In this document: one piece after another, positions 10,538-23,854 of the stretch | How positions within the stretch are numbered: position 1 is the stretch's first letter | Layout of the letters: every line of letters begins with the position of its first letter | From: Chthonomonadaceae bacterium | GTDB taxonomy: Bacteria; Armatimonadota; Chthonomonadetes; Chthonomonadales; Chthonomonadaceae | Direction of reading: 5' to 3' | Assembly: GCA_035650735.1 (NCBI GenBank) | Contig: DASRGZ010000076.1 | Coordinates: forward strand, 1 to 64,000 | DNA: 64,000 nucleotides | Notes under the pieces: model-generated | Database searches by the model: none | Told to the model about the DNA's origin: nothing | The model's input: the letters and a program-made list of their open reading frames with translations, nothing else | Program-made: the position numbers and the translations under genes

Positions 10538-11179
10538 ATGGAACAACTGGTCGCGTTTGGATTATTGGGAATCGGCCTGGCGCTTCTGGCGGCGGGGATC
10601 GCCCTGGGCGGCCTGTCCCGAATGCCTTTGGAGATGTGGATGGCGGTGTTGAGCGTCCTCGGCCTGGTCGGGATCGGCAAATCGGCCAAGCGTCTGTTAC
10701 AGGATTGGCTGGATGAGCCGCGCCTGCGTCGGACACAGCGGCGGGCCTCGCCGCTGGCGGCCTCGCTGGTGCCGCAACTGCTGAGCGATTACACGCCCGT
10801 CGTCGTTGAGGCGGCGGAACAGTTGGGCACGGAGCGGGACACCACCGCCGTTCCCGGCCTATTGCGCGCCCTGGAGTATTGCGTGGACACCCAGCGTCCC
10901 GGCTGGCGCGACCGGGCTGAGGCGCTTGCCAACGCGCTGGGCCGGATCGGGGATTGCCGCGCGCTGGATCTGCTCTATCGCCTGGAGAACGTGCGCGGCA
11001 TCGGCTTTATCCCGGCTATCCGCAGCGCGATCACCCGCATTGAGCCGCAGGCCACGCTGCTGCGGCCCGGCTGCATCGGCCTGCCCATGCCGGAGACGCT
11101 GCTGCGGCCCGCACAGGCCCGGCATGCTGCCGAGGAGCCGAAGCTGTTATTGCGCGCCGCGGAGGCCGAAGAGCCTTGA
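10538..11179 (+). CDS. Membrane-anchored HEAT-repeat protein with triple LLR[P/A] tail
   Basis: Two N-terminal TM helices, AAEQLG/ANALGRIGD HEAT units, tail TLLRPG..TLLRPA..LLLRAA. Confidence 0.75.
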   Translation: MEQLVAFGLLGIGLALLAAGIALGGLSRMPLEMWMAVLSVLGLVGIGKSAKRLLQDWLDEPRLRRTQRRASPLAASLVPQLLSDYTPVVVEAAEQLGTERDTTAVPGLLRALEYCVDTQRPGWRDRAEALANALGRIGDCRALDLLYRLENVRGIGFIPAIRSAITRIEPQATLLRPGCIGLPMPETLLRPAQARHAAEEPKLLLRAAEAEEP

Positions 11180-13284
11180 TCGATTGGGGGAAGGGGATCC
11201 TCCTGCCTGGGCGTCGTTTCGGCGCGCTGGCGGCTGTCGCGCTATGCAACCCGGTGGGGACAGGCGCATGGCGCGCGGCAGGGCCGCCCACTCCTCCCAC
11301 GCCTCTGGCGCGACTGCGGCACGCCTATGCGCTCGACCGTATGGAGACAATGCGCCGCTACACCGAGGCGCACGCCATTGTGAGGGCGCGCGTGGAGATG
11401 TGGCTGCCGGTGCATAATGCGTTTCGTGTGGTCAGCTACTACCGGGGAGAGCGCACCTACGAGCGGATCGCGATAGGCAGCTTTCTGGGCGAACGATGGT
11501 ATGATCGGGCGCGCAAGGTCGGCTGGGAGCGGCACGGCGGCTACGTCAACGATCTCGCTCCGACCGATCTTCTGGAGGCACGACAGGCCCAGGCCCATAC
11601 CTTTCGCCTGCTGGCAGATGGGGAAAAACCAGGCGCGCAGGCGATAGATAGGGGCCTGCGGCGGCTGCCGGACGGCACGACCGCGCGCCGCATCCGCTTT
11701 GTTCCGCCGCCCGCGCCTTCCCCCGCAGAGGCCAACGCCCCGGAAGCCGTCCCCACCGACTTCTACCTTGATCCCCGTACCGACCGCCTGCGCGCCATCG
11801 GATATCGGGACCGCGACCCGCATCGCGGCGTGCCTGCCGAGACGATTATGGTGATCGCCTCCTGGATGCCGGCGACCCCGGCGCGGCCATTTTCCTATCC
11901 GGGCGTCCTGCGGGTCTATCAGGACGGCAGGCTGGCCCAGCGCATCCAGAACGAGACGGTGGACTGCCAGACGCCCCTTGCCGACGACCGCTTTGCCAGG
12001 CCGGTAGAAGCCGACCATTTCAGCCCGGCCTCCCGTTTGCCCACGCGCGTTCCTTTGGATTTCGTGCACGGCTACTGCGTCGTGCCGGTCTACGTCAACG
12101 GTCAGCGGCGGGCAAGCCGTTTCCTGCTGGATACCGGCGCGGCCTCCACCACGCTGTCTCGCCCGCTGTCCCGCCGATTAAGGCTGCGCCTGGGCGCTCG
12201 TATCACCAACTACAGCGGCCTGGGCAATTTTGCCAGCCGCCTCACCCGCATCCAGAGCCTGCGCGTCGGCGGGGCCGAATTGCGCAGCCTGCCGGTAGAT
12301 GCCGTCACCGACAACGCCCTGGATTCGCTGGCTGCCGCCGTCGGGGAGCACCTAGACGGCATCCTGGGCAACGACTTTCTGCGCGCCTTCCAGATGACGC
12401 TGGACTATGGCGGGGCGAATGGCCCGGTGTTGAAGTTCCAGCGCCCGGACGCGCCCGCGCCGAGCGGTACGCGCGTGCCTTTCTTCTTCTCTGGGGGCGC
12501 TCCGGCGGTGATCGCCCGCATTCCTGGCGGCGCGGACATCTCCATGACGGTGGATACCGGCGCACCGACGACCTGGCTGCCCCCGCGCTACGTCAATTTG
12601 CTGCCCGCTGACCGCTGCGCCGTTTGGTTCGGCTTTGCTGGCGAGCCGGCAGGCACACGCCTGGTCTGGCTGCCGGAGATCACGCTGCCCGCCGCGCCGG
12701 ACATGAAAACCGGGGCAGTGCTGCCGCCGAGCGCATCCACCGCTGCGCCAACAGTGCCCCTCGTGGCTCCATCGGGGCCGCTCGCACGCTCGAAGGGCGT
12801 GACCCTGAGCGGACAGGTCGCCTGGTCGGTCGTGGTCCCGCGCACCTCTGGCCCGACCGGCTCCCTGCTGGCCGATGAGTACGAAGGGCTGTTCGGCAGC
12901 GACCTGCTGCGCTACTTCCGCATCACGTTTGACTTTCGGCGCGGCGCACTGGTCTTTGAGCCGCTGTCGCAACCGGCGCTCAGTCGCGGGGATGCCGTAG
13001 GACTGGGCATCTGGCCCGACTTCAAGCCATTGCAGATGGGGAGAAGGACGCTGCGGCGCGTGTTTGTGGAGAAGCTCTGGCCCTTCTCGCCGGCGGCGCG
13101 CGCTGGGGTGCGCGTGGGCGATGAGCTAATGGAGGTGGAGGATCGGCCGATCTATTCTCTGACCGAATCGGAGTTGGCCGAATACCTGTGGGGCGGGCAG
13201 GAAGGGCGATCCGTGCGCTTGCGCATCCGCCGGCGTGGGGATGTACGCCGCATCGTAGAGGTGGAGTACCGCCGCCTCTTCTAA
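11176..13284 (+). CDS. Secreted retropepsin-like aspartyl protease with two protease domains and C-terminal PDZ
   Basis: LLDTGA/GILGNDFL and TVDTGA/GLFGSDLL pairs; SPAARAGVRVGD PDZ motif. Confidence 0.85.
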   Translation: MIDWGKGILLPGRRFGALAAVALCNPVGTGAWRAAGPPTPPTPLARLRHAYALDRMETMRRYTEAHAIVRARVEMWLPVHNAFRVVSYYRGERTYERIAIGSFLGERWYDRARKVGWERHGGYVNDLAPTDLLEARQAQAHTFRLLADGEKPGAQAIDRGLRRLPDGTTARRIRFVPPPAPSPAEANAPEAVPTDFYLDPRTDRLRAIGYRDRDPHRGVPAETIMVIASWMPATPARPFSYPGVLRVYQDGRLAQRIQNETVDCQTPLADDRFARPVEADHFSPASRLPTRVPLDFVHGYCVVPVYVNGQRRASRFLLDTGAASTTLSRPLSRRLRLRLGARITNYSGLGNFASRLTRIQSLRVGGAELRSLPVDAVTDNALDSLAAAVGEHLDGILGNDFLRAFQMTLDYGGANGPVLKFQRPDAPAPSGTRVPFFFSGGAPAVIARIPGGADISMTVDTGAPTTWLPPRYVNLLPADRCAVWFGFAGEPAGTRLVWLPEITLPAAPDMKTGAVLPPSASTAAPTVPLVAPSGPLARSKGVTLSGQVAWSVVVPRTSGPTGSLLADEYEGLFGSDLLRYFRITFDFRRGALVFEPLSQPALSRGDAVGLGIWPDFKPLQMGRRTLRRVFVEKLWPFSPAARAGVRVGDELMEVEDRPIYSLTESELAEYLWGGQEGRSVRLRIRRRGDVRRIVEVEYRRLF

Positions 13285-13292
13285 GAGAGGCC

Positions 13293-13415
13293 GCCCGGCC
13301 CTGATGAACCTTGACTTTTTCATCGGGTAATCCCCGGTTCGTAGGGCCATACACCTAAGGACCTAGCCGCCCTGCGATTACCGGATTTAGTTGTCAAGGT
13401 TCATCAGGGCCGGGC
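13293..13415. repeat. 123-bp element with perfect 23-bp terminal inverted repeats (MITE-like)
   Basis: GCCCGGCCCTGATGAACCTTGAC at 13293-13315 and its exact reverse complement at 13393-13415. Confidence 0.75.
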
Positions 13416-13428
13416 AGAATTATGAGGG

Positions 13429-14619
13429 ATGGACATGTCAGTAACAGAGGCCATTGCGCATATCTGCGCCTATGTTTCCAAGCCGCCGGCCAATGAGGCC
13501 GCGACTCGTATGCGCGTCATTGATAAAGTCTTGCAGCATCTCGGCTATGCGCTGGATGAGATAGAGCCGGAGAATGATACCGCCGCAGGGCCGAAACCCG
13601 ACTACATTCTGCTGCCGGAAGATCCGGCGCATACCTGGTTTCTGGAATCGAGAGCCTGGAGCCAGGAGCTATCCGAGGGAGACGACCTGGCCCGTTCTCT
13701 CGCCTATGCCTGCTCGGAAGGCAAGCGGTGGGTGGTGTTGACCAACGGGCGTGAATGGCGCCTGTATGACGCCGCCAGGGAAGAGACGAGGACGTTCCCA
13801 CGATGGTTGGTAAGCGCCAGCATTGAGAACACGGCCGAGTTGGAAAGACTGCTGCGCGCGCTCAGCAAAGAGGTCGTTCTCACAGGGGAATTAGAGTCTT
13901 ACGTCAATCAGGTCTGTCTTTCCGCAATCCTGACCGACCAGTTACAGGATGTGGAGAGCGCGCTTATTCAGGCCGTGTGCCAGACCTTGCAGAGCGCCTA
14001 TCACCTGAGTGCCCTGCAGGCGACCGATATTGCCTACTACTTCCGGCAACTCTACGCGCCTACATTGCCGCTCGGCGATGAAAATCTGACCTCGGAACGC
14101 GCCTCCCTGCCTCTTCCGCCCGCCACACAACCCACCACGCAACCGGAGCTTTCCCTCCCACTTCCCGCCGCCAAAACGGGCGCCGTTGGGCGCAGTGTCT
14201 CATCTCCTGCGCGCAGCCTGGCCGCGTTGCTGAAACAGATCCAGAAGGATAGCAAGACAGGCTGGCAGGCGGTCGCCAATAAAAAGCCGTGCCGACTGAC
14301 CTTCCCCGATGGCTCCTCGGTGGGGATCAAATCGTGGGCGGACATGGCGGAAGAGCTCGTGCGGTGGATCAGCAAAGCCGAGAAGCTGCCTTCTCTGCCG
14401 TTCTGTGGACGGGGAAGCGGCAACCAGTATCTTCTCAACGACGCTCCCTACCACGCCCTTCCGGGCGTCCGGATGCAGAGCTTTCGCGAGGTGAAGCTGG
14501 GGGATCGCTCTGTCTTCGTCAGCACCCACCGCAGCGCCTCGGATCAGGTACGAGTCCTGCATGCGCTCTGCCAGGCGGCCAGCGTGCAGCCTTCCGCCGT
14601 TTTGATCGATTTCCGATAG
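13429..14619 (+). CDS. Restriction-endonuclease-like protein (type I HsdR N-terminal PD-(D/E)xK-like domain plus C-terminal domain)
   Basis: NEAATRMRVI, KPDYIL..FLESR, VVLTNGREWRLYD. Confidence 0.7.
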   Translation: MDMSVTEAIAHICAYVSKPPANEAATRMRVIDKVLQHLGYALDEIEPENDTAAGPKPDYILLPEDPAHTWFLESRAWSQELSEGDDLARSLAYACSEGKRWVVLTNGREWRLYDAAREETRTFPRWLVSASIENTAELERLLRALSKEVVLTGELESYVNQVCLSAILTDQLQDVESALIQAVCQTLQSAYHLSALQATDIAYYFRQLYAPTLPLGDENLTSERASLPLPPATQPTTQPELSLPLPAAKTGAVGRSVSSPARSLAALLKQIQKDSKTGWQAVANKKPCRLTFPDGSSVGIKSWADMAEELVRWISKAEKLPSLPFCGRGSGNQYLLNDAPYHALPGVRMQSFREVKLGDRSVFVSTHRSASDQVRVLHALCQAASVQPSAVLIDFR

Positions 14620-14631
14620 CCTTTCAGATGA

Positions 14632-17916
<3,285 letters not shown>

Positions 17917-17946
17917 ACAAGCCGCCAAAGTCGGGTCGCCTTTGTG

Positions 17947-18744
17947 TTAGCGCTCCAGCAGGGGGCGCAGATCCGCCGGCATCGCCGCCTCCATGGAGGC
18001 GGGGAAGGTATCGTAGAAGACGGGAGCGGGCAGTCTGCGAACGCGGTCAGAGGAATGGTCGTGAAAGGAGCAGTGAAACGCATAGCGGGGCTGCTGCGTG
18101 ACGTTTTTGGAGCCGGAGTGAACCAGCATGGGGTTAAAGATCAGCACGTCTCCCTCTTCGGCCAGAACCTCAATGCCCTGGGAAGTATCCACGCTCGCCA
18201 GACCTGCCGGATCACGCGTGAAAGCCCGCCGGCCCTCTTCCGTCCGGCACAGGTCGGCGGCAGCGGCATAGGTCAGCTTATGGGAGCCGGGCACGGCCAT
18301 TGTGGCGGCCCCGCCAGGCCGAACGGGACTGCAATAGTAAAAGAACTGGATAAAGATCTGGCTTGGCGTAGCCTGCCACTCGGTCGGCAAGAACGGGATA
18401 TCAATATGCCAGCCGTCCGGCACGGAGGGGGGCGGATCGCCGCAGGGCAGGGTCAGCATAAACATCTGCTGGCGCAGGCGCAGGTTCTCCGCCCGCAGGC
18501 AGCGCGCGGCGATGTCTAAAATCCGGCGGTCGGAGGCCGGTTGGGCGGCAATCGGCGCTTCTATGGGATGGCAGATGCGATAGTGGAAGCGGGTGCTGCC
18601 GCGATCCGATAGCGGCGTGTACCCGGCGCGCAGGGTTTCGTCAATGAAGGCGCGGATAGCTGCGGTGGTCTCGCGGTCAACAAAACCCGGCAGCAACGTA
18701 AAGCCCTGTTCGTCAAGTTCCCGCAGGTGGGATGCAAGATTCAT
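17947..18744 (-). CDS. Phytanoyl-CoA dioxygenase (PhyH) family protein
   Basis: WHID, VPGSH, GDVLIF..LVHSG 2OG-Fe(II) motifs. Confidence 0.88.
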   Translation of the reverse strand: MNLASHLRELDEQGFTLLPGFVDRETTAAIRAFIDETLRAGYTPLSDRGSTRFHYRICHPIEAPIAAQPASDRRILDIAARCLRAENLRLRQQMFMLTLPCGDPPPSVPDGWHIDIPFLPTEWQATPSQIFIQFFYYCSPVRPGGAATMAVPGSHKLTYAAAADLCRTEEGRRAFTRDPAGLASVDTSQGIEVLAEEGDVLIFNPMLVHSGSKNVTQQPRYAFHCSFHDHSSDRVRRLPAPVFYDTFPASMEAAMPADLRPLLER

Positions 18745-18807
18745 CTTGGCACGGCTCCTCAATGGCGCCTCTGGCTCCTTGACTGCCCATTAGTAGAGGT
18801 GGAATTT

Positions 18808-18868
18808 CCCGCCCACGCAGGTGGGCGGCGGGCTGTAAGCCCCACAGCGGCAGGGTTTAGCCTGCCGC
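18808..18868. repeat. Family C REP-like repeat (inverted copy 51855-51916; partial 48028-48048)
   Basis: CCGCCCAC..GTGGGCGG + GCCCCACAGCGGCAGGGTTTAGCCTGCCGC. Confidence 0.75.
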
Positions 18869-18918
18869 CAACACGACGGCGGCCTTATCGGAGGCCCACG
18901 TAACTGGGCGCTTCCCTC

Positions 18919-20112
18919 TTATTTTATCGGGCTGCCGGGCAGTGTGCGCAGGTGCACGCGCACCGCTTCCGCCATGTCCGGTTTGCCGCCGACCGCGTAG
19001 ATCTGAGCGAGAAGCTCCAGCGCGGCGCGGTCCGCCGGACGCACCCGCAGGACGCCCTGAACGTAGCGCATGGCATCGGTCAGATTGCCGTCCTGCATCT
19101 CCGCTTCCGCCAGCTTTAAGACGATGTCGAGGTCGTGCGGATCGGCCTTCGCCTTTTTCTCCAGCACGCGCAGGCGGGTGATCCGTTCGAGCAGAATCTG
19201 CTCCTGTTTCTCCATCGCCTGCGCTTTCGGTTCCTGCCCGGCCTGCCGGTACGCGGCAGCGAGGTTGTGGGCGACCTGTACGATGCGCGGATTTAACTCC
19301 CAGGCTTTCGACAGCACCTGGACGGCCTCCGCCGTGCGCCCGGTCTGCAAGAGCAGTTTGCCCCATTCGCTATACGCCTCGGCGTCGTCCGGCTCCAGGT
19401 GGGCCGCCTCGCGGAAGTGGCCGAGCGCCTTCTCCACCGCGTCCGGGGCGCGCGATTTGCGTATGATGGCCCATCCCAGCATGTAGTGCGCCCGCGCATT
19501 GTCGGGAGACCGCTGGAGGACGCCCTCCAGCGTCCGCTGCGCGCCCGTGAAGTTCGAGGTATCCAGATAGGCTTGCGCCAGTATCAACGCGAAGTCGTTA
19601 TTCTGCGGCGACAGCGCGCAGGCGCGCTCTAGCTCCTTGAGGCCCGCGCTGACCTGCTGGTCGGTCGTGAGAACGACGCCGAGCATATTGTGGGCCAGCC
19701 CACAGTTCGGCTCCGTCTTGACGGCCAGTTGCGCATACTGGCGCGCTTCGGCCATCTCATTTTGCAGGGCAAGCGCTTTGGCATAGTTGCAATAGACATG
19801 GGGGCCATCGGGATCGATCACCGCGAGACGGGCAAAGACCTCCCCGGCGAGATCGGGCCGCTGCGCCTGGTTGAGCAGGAATTCGCCAACCCTGTGATAT
19901 GGTTCGGGATAGTCGGGGTCAAGGCGCGTGGCGATGCGCCATTCGGCCAGCGCGCTGTCCATGACGCCTTTGCGCGCAAATTCCTGCCCCTGCCGATAGT
20001 GATCGGCGGCGCGGCGGCGCGTCAGCCAGGGCGGAACATTGACCCAGGCGGAGACACCCGCCCCGATAATGAGGATAACGATCAAGACGACCAGACGACG
20101 ATAACCCTTCAT
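18919..20112 (-). CDS. Membrane-anchored TPR protein
   Basis: N-terminal TM helix (MKGYRRLVVLIVILIIG) then multiple TPR units; start overlaps upstream stop. Confidence 0.85.
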   Translation of the reverse strand: MKGYRRLVVLIVILIIGAGVSAWVNVPPWLTRRRAADHYRQGQEFARKGVMDSALAEWRIATRLDPDYPEPYHRVGEFLLNQAQRPDLAGEVFARLAVIDPDGPHVYCNYAKALALQNEMAEARQYAQLAVKTEPNCGLAHNMLGVVLTTDQQVSAGLKELERACALSPQNNDFALILAQAYLDTSNFTGAQRTLEGVLQRSPDNARAHYMLGWAIIRKSRAPDAVEKALGHFREAAHLEPDDAEAYSEWGKLLLQTGRTAEAVQVLSKAWELNPRIVQVAHNLAAAYRQAGQEPKAQAMEKQEQILLERITRLRVLEKKAKADPHDLDIVLKLAEAEMQDGNLTDAMRYVQGVLRVRPADRAALELLAQIYAVGGKPDMAEAVRVHLRTLPGSPIK

Positions 20113-22130
20113 GGCTTTCCTTTTGGCGCGTGCGCGAGCGGTCTGATTCGAGTATCTGCTGCCGCGCCGCTTCCTTCTTTCAAGACATAGAACCGACGCG
20201 CCGCTAGGCCGCGTATCGTCTCCTCGATACCGCTCGGCCAGCGAACGCGCACAAAATCGATCTGCTGCGCCTGCCCCAGCCCGAACGTGATGCGCTGATC
20301 GCTGTGCGAAGCAAAACTGGAGCCGGAGCGCACCTCCGCATACTGTTGGAGCGGACCGCACCGCACCCAGAGCTTCGCGCCGATGCCGTCCCGATTGCTC
20401 TTCGTGCCGACCGTGCGGAAAGTGATCCAGGCGTTGCGGCTGCCACCGTCGTTGCGGAAAAGCTGCGCTTCGCGGTTGTGGTTGTTGGCGAGCACGTCGG
20501 CGTCGCCGTCGTTATCGTAATCGCCGACCGCGAGGCCGCGCGTCGTGGTCGGCTCGGCCATATCGGCCAGGCTGGCCGGGTCTTCCACAAAGGTTCCGTC
20601 GCGCTGGTTATGGAACAGTTGCTTGGGCTCGCGGTAGAAAATGCCCTGGCTGTAGGTTTCCACGTCGTCGTTGACGTGGCCGTTGCCAACAACGATGTCT
20701 TTATAGCCGTCCAGGTCGTAGTCTACAAACTCGCATCCCCAGCCCAGCACTAACTGCGTCGTGCTGCCAATACCGCTGGAGAAGGTCTCGTCGCTGAACA
20801 GTTTCCCATTGGTGTTGCGGAAGACGATCTTGGGCTGGTTGGAGAAGTTGGTGACTATCAGGTCTTCCCGTCCGTTGTTATCGTAATCGCCGACCCCGAT
20901 GCCCATGCCCGCCAGCGGCACTCCCGTCTCCATGACGGCCACGCCGGTACGCTGTCCCTGCTCGGTGAACGTGCCGTTGCGATTGTTGTGCAGGAGCAGA
21001 TTAGGCATGAGGTCGTTGGAAATGAAGATATCCGGGTAGCCGTCTCCATCGTAGTCGAGCCAGACAGCGCCCATGTTGCGCCCCTTCAGGCGGCTCAGGC
21101 CTGCCTGCTGCGTCACCTCAGTAAACGTTCCATCGCCGTTGTTGCGATAGAGCGCGGGCGATTCGGGCGCGTAGAGGTCCGGGCTGCAATAGGCACGCAT
21201 TCCTTTCGGGTTGCTGCAGGGCGAATCCTTCTCTGGAGTCCAGCGCGCATAGTGGCAGACGAGCAGGTCCAGGCGACCGTCGTTATTATAATCGCCCCAG
21301 GCGGCGCTGGTGCTCCAGCGGGGGCCGTGCGCGTTGTCGGCAACTCCGGCGGAGGTGGTCACGTCCTTGAAAACAGGGTGTAGGGGGTAGGGGGTAGGGG
21401 GCAGGGACTTGTCCCCTTTCCCTTTCTCCTGTTCCAACTTCCCTAGCTCGTTATGAAACAGATGATTGCCGCCATACGCGGTGATATAGAGGTCGGGCCA
21501 GCCGTCGTTGTCGTAGTCGGCCACGGCAACGCCCTGCGCATAGCCCTGATCGAAGTCCAGGCCGGCCTCATGCGTCACATCGCTAAAGGTGCCATCGCCG
21601 TTGTTGCGGTAGAGGGCGCAGGGTGGGCGGGCGGTCTCTCCGGGCGGCAGGGCGGTCGGGTGGGCGGTGGAGGCGGGCGTCGGCCCGGCCTGGATGAGGA
21701 AGATGTCGAGGTATCCGTCGTTGTTATAGTCGAAGAAGGCGCAGCCGCCCGTCGTGGTCTCGATAAAGTGGTGCGCGCCGCGCGCACCGTTGTCCAGGCG
21801 GAAATGGATTCCAGCCTCGCCTGTCACGTTCCGGAAGCGCACAGGGACGGCGGCGACCTCCTTCTGAGGCAGGGAGGCGCTCTCTTTGCCGTTGGGCGCG
21901 ACTTTCTCGGCAGCCGCCGCCACATGGCCGACCGGCGGCCCCATCCTACAGCCCGGTGTGCCGAGCAGAAGGACCAGAAGCGCGCCTACCATTGTCCACC
22001 AGGCGTGTGCTGTGCATCTTACAAGAGATTCCGCCTTACCCTCACCTGTCTCCGAAACGGGCGGGGGGAAGGCGGAATCGGCGGTATGGCTATGACGGGA
22101 CGATTCAGGGTGCAATCGTCGCTGAGGCAT
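20109..22130 (-). CDS. CRTAC1-family FG-GAP/ASPIC-UnbV protein
   Basis: Repeated DYNNDG/DYDNDG motifs, C-terminal NRDGIGA..FGLG..VRWPSG; start uncertain. Confidence 0.9.
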   Translation of the reverse strand: MPQRRLHPESSRHSHTADSAFPPPVSETGEGKAESLVRCTAHAWWTMVGALLVLLLGTPGCRMGPPVGHVAAAAEKVAPNGKESASLPQKEVAAVPVRFRNVTGEAGIHFRLDNGARGAHHFIETTTGGCAFFDYNNDGYLDIFLIQAGPTPASTAHPTALPPGETARPPCALYRNNGDGTFSDVTHEAGLDFDQGYAQGVAVADYDNDGWPDLYITAYGGNHLFHNELGKLEQEKGKGDKSLPPTPYPLHPVFKDVTTSAGVADNAHGPRWSTSAAWGDYNNDGRLDLLVCHYARWTPEKDSPCSNPKGMRAYCSPDLYAPESPALYRNNGDGTFTEVTQQAGLSRLKGRNMGAVWLDYDGDGYPDIFISNDLMPNLLLHNNRNGTFTEQGQRTGVAVMETGVPLAGMGIGVGDYDNNGREDLIVTNFSNQPKIVFRNTNGKLFSDETFSSGIGSTTQLVLGWGCEFVDYDLDGYKDIVVGNGHVNDDVETYSQGIFYREPKQLFHNQRDGTFVEDPASLADMAEPTTTRGLAVGDYDNDGDADVLANNHNREAQLFRNDGGSRNAWITFRTVGTKSNRDGIGAKLWVRCGPLQQYAEVRSGSSFASHSDQRITFGLGQAQQIDFVRVRWPSGIEETIRGLAARRFYVLKEGSGAAADTRIRPLAHAPKGKP

Positions 22131-22178
22131 ACGACTTTCTTTCTGTGTCAACCGCTCTGGCCCTCACCCCCTGTCCCC

Positions 22179-22327
22179 ACTGCTCGGGTCGGGGCTACAA
22201 TGGACTGCAAGGGTCGGGCCTGCCATGGTTCGCCCCACTGCCAGGGTCGGCAAGGTTACGGCCCTTGCCTCCGCCTTGCGACACCTTGCGACACGGCTCT
22301 GCCTTGCCACACCCCTCCGCCTGGCGA
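22179..22327 (+). mobile_element. Nested 45-bp hairpin elements (3 left ends, 4 right ends) inside a family A REP
   Basis: Left ends at 22179, 22204, 22237; flanks CCCTCACCCCCTGTCCCC and CCCCCAATTCTAGG. Confidence 0.7.
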
Positions 22328-22525
22328 CCCCCAATTCTAGGAGAGGGGGAAGAGAGAAGCCTTATTCTCCCCTCCTCCCCGGCCCTTCTCCCTGCTAGGG
22401 AGAAGGGGGAGGAAAAGCCAACGCTGACTCTCCCCTCTCCTTGAGAAGGAGAGGGGCTGGGGGTGAGGTCTATTCCCCCTCCCCTAGAATTGGGGGTGGG
22501 GTTAGGGGTAGGGGCCGCATCGCTG

Positions 22526-22711
22526 TTACGGGTTACTACTCGCCCCCTTCACCGGGGCCATCGGATACATGCGATTCATCCTGGGGTCGCTAAATGTCGG
22601 CCTTTGGTTGGATCTGCCGCCGACCAGGTAGAGATAGCCGAAGACGACAATGGCCAGAAGGACGACAACCAGCGCGCCCACGATGACAGGACCGCTGAGG
22701 ACTTTGTTCAT
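22526..22711 (-). CDS. Small single-TM protein downstream of DUF1559 gene
   Basis: MNKVLSGPVIVGALVVVLLAIVVFGYLYL; AGGAGA RBS. Confidence 0.7.
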   Translation of the reverse strand: MNKVLSGPVIVGALVVVLLAIVVFGYLYLVGGRSNQRPTFSDPRMNRMYPMAPVKGASSNP

Positions 22712-22727
22712 CGTCTTCTCCTGAGGG

Positions 22728-23495
22728 CTACCACGGGAAGCCGCCCTTGAAGCCGGTGTTGCCTGCCAGGTTGATGAAGTTCTTATTGAAGTACTTGGCA
22801 TGGCCGTCGGCATAGACGATGTTGGAGGCGCGCGGCGGAGCGCCGGTCCAGGGGTCGGGCACGGCGAGATTGCCCCCGGCATACTTAGGCTCGTGAATCC
22901 AGGGCCAGAGGTCTCCGATAGCCCAGTTTCCGGCAGGATTCTCAATCTTGGCCTGCGCCGTCCCGACGATGACCGGCATGCCGTCGCACTCGACGCCATT
23001 ATCGGGGTTCTTGAAGTTGGTGGTTCCCTGGCCGAGGCTGGCTAACTGCACCTGACGCTGGCTCGGACCTTCCGGCCCGATCTGGTCGCCATAGCCGCCG
23101 TCGGCGTCCGGGATGCCCCAGGGCGGGCCATTATAGCCCATGCTGATGCCGGTGGTGTTCGAGACCCAGGTATCTTCCGGGCAGAAAAAGACGCCCTTAT
23201 TCTTGATATAAGGTTGTAACAGTCCACCGATTCGGCCAAAGCCGAAGAACGAGGCCGCGCAGCCACCCTTGTCATACTCGGTGTGCCATTGCGCCGGCGC
23301 GTAGGTTTCGTCGTAATCCTGCGAGTACATCATCAGGCCCAGGCCGATCTGCTTCATGTTGCTCAGGCAGACGGTCTTGCGTGCCTGGGACCGGGCGCGG
23401 GCGAAGACGGGGAACAGGATAGACGCGAGAATGGCGATAATCGCGATCACGACGAGCAGTTCAATCAGGGTAAATCCGATCCTCTGCCTTTTCAT
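22728..23495 (-). CDS. Prepilin-type/DUF1559 protein
   Basis: [57 protein letters not shown]. Confidence 0.92.
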   Translation of the reverse strand: MKRQRIGFTLIELLVVIAIIAILASILFPVFARARSQARKTVCLSNMKQIGLGLMMYSQDYDETYAPAQWHTEYDKGGCAASFFGFGRIGGLLQPYIKNKGVFFCPEDTWVSNTTGISMGYNGPPWGIPDADGGYGDQIGPEGPSQRQVQLASLGQGTTNFKNPDNGVECDGMPVIVGTAQAKIENPAGNWAIGDLWPWIHEPKYAGGNLAVPDPWTGAPPRASNIVYADGHAKYFNKNFINLAGNTGFKGGFPW

Positions 23496-23590
23496 GAAAA
23501 ATCTCCTTAAGAGAAGCCAGGACAGGCCGGACAAAGCGCTTGCGCTCTTTGCTTTCGGTAAGAGAGGGTTCTTGCTCAGAGAGGTCGGCT

Positions 23591-23854
23591 TCAGGGGGCC
23601 GGTTTTTTGTCTCCTTTCTTTTGCGGGATAGGTTTCGCTTTAGTGGATGGATGCACGCCGGGCATGGGATGGGGCCGCATCATGGCGTCTCGCATCCGCG
23701 CCATTTCCGGCGACACGTTATCTGCAACATAAGTGTTGTATAGATAACGAAACCAGAAAAAAGCCGGGATCGCCAGGATGGCGAGGAGAATCAGAGTGGT
23801 CCGGAGACTGACTTTTTGGGAGGCAACACCGCCTGCTTTCACTCTCGTTTTCAC
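23591..23854 (-). CDS. Small single-TM protein upstream of DUF1559 gene
   Basis: [19 protein letters not shown] helix, Pro/Lys-rich tail; GTG start after AGGAAAGG. Confidence 0.6.
   Translation of the reverse strand: MKTRVKAGGVASQKVSLRTTLILLAILAIPAFFWFRYLYNTYVADNVSPEMARMRDAMMRPHPMPGVHPSTKAKPIPQKKGDKKPAP

Noticed and set aside
22179..22327. Repeated ACTGC.AGGGTC units as a CRISPR array
   Set aside because: Units are nested rather than tandem, have no uniform spacers, and no cas genes are present.
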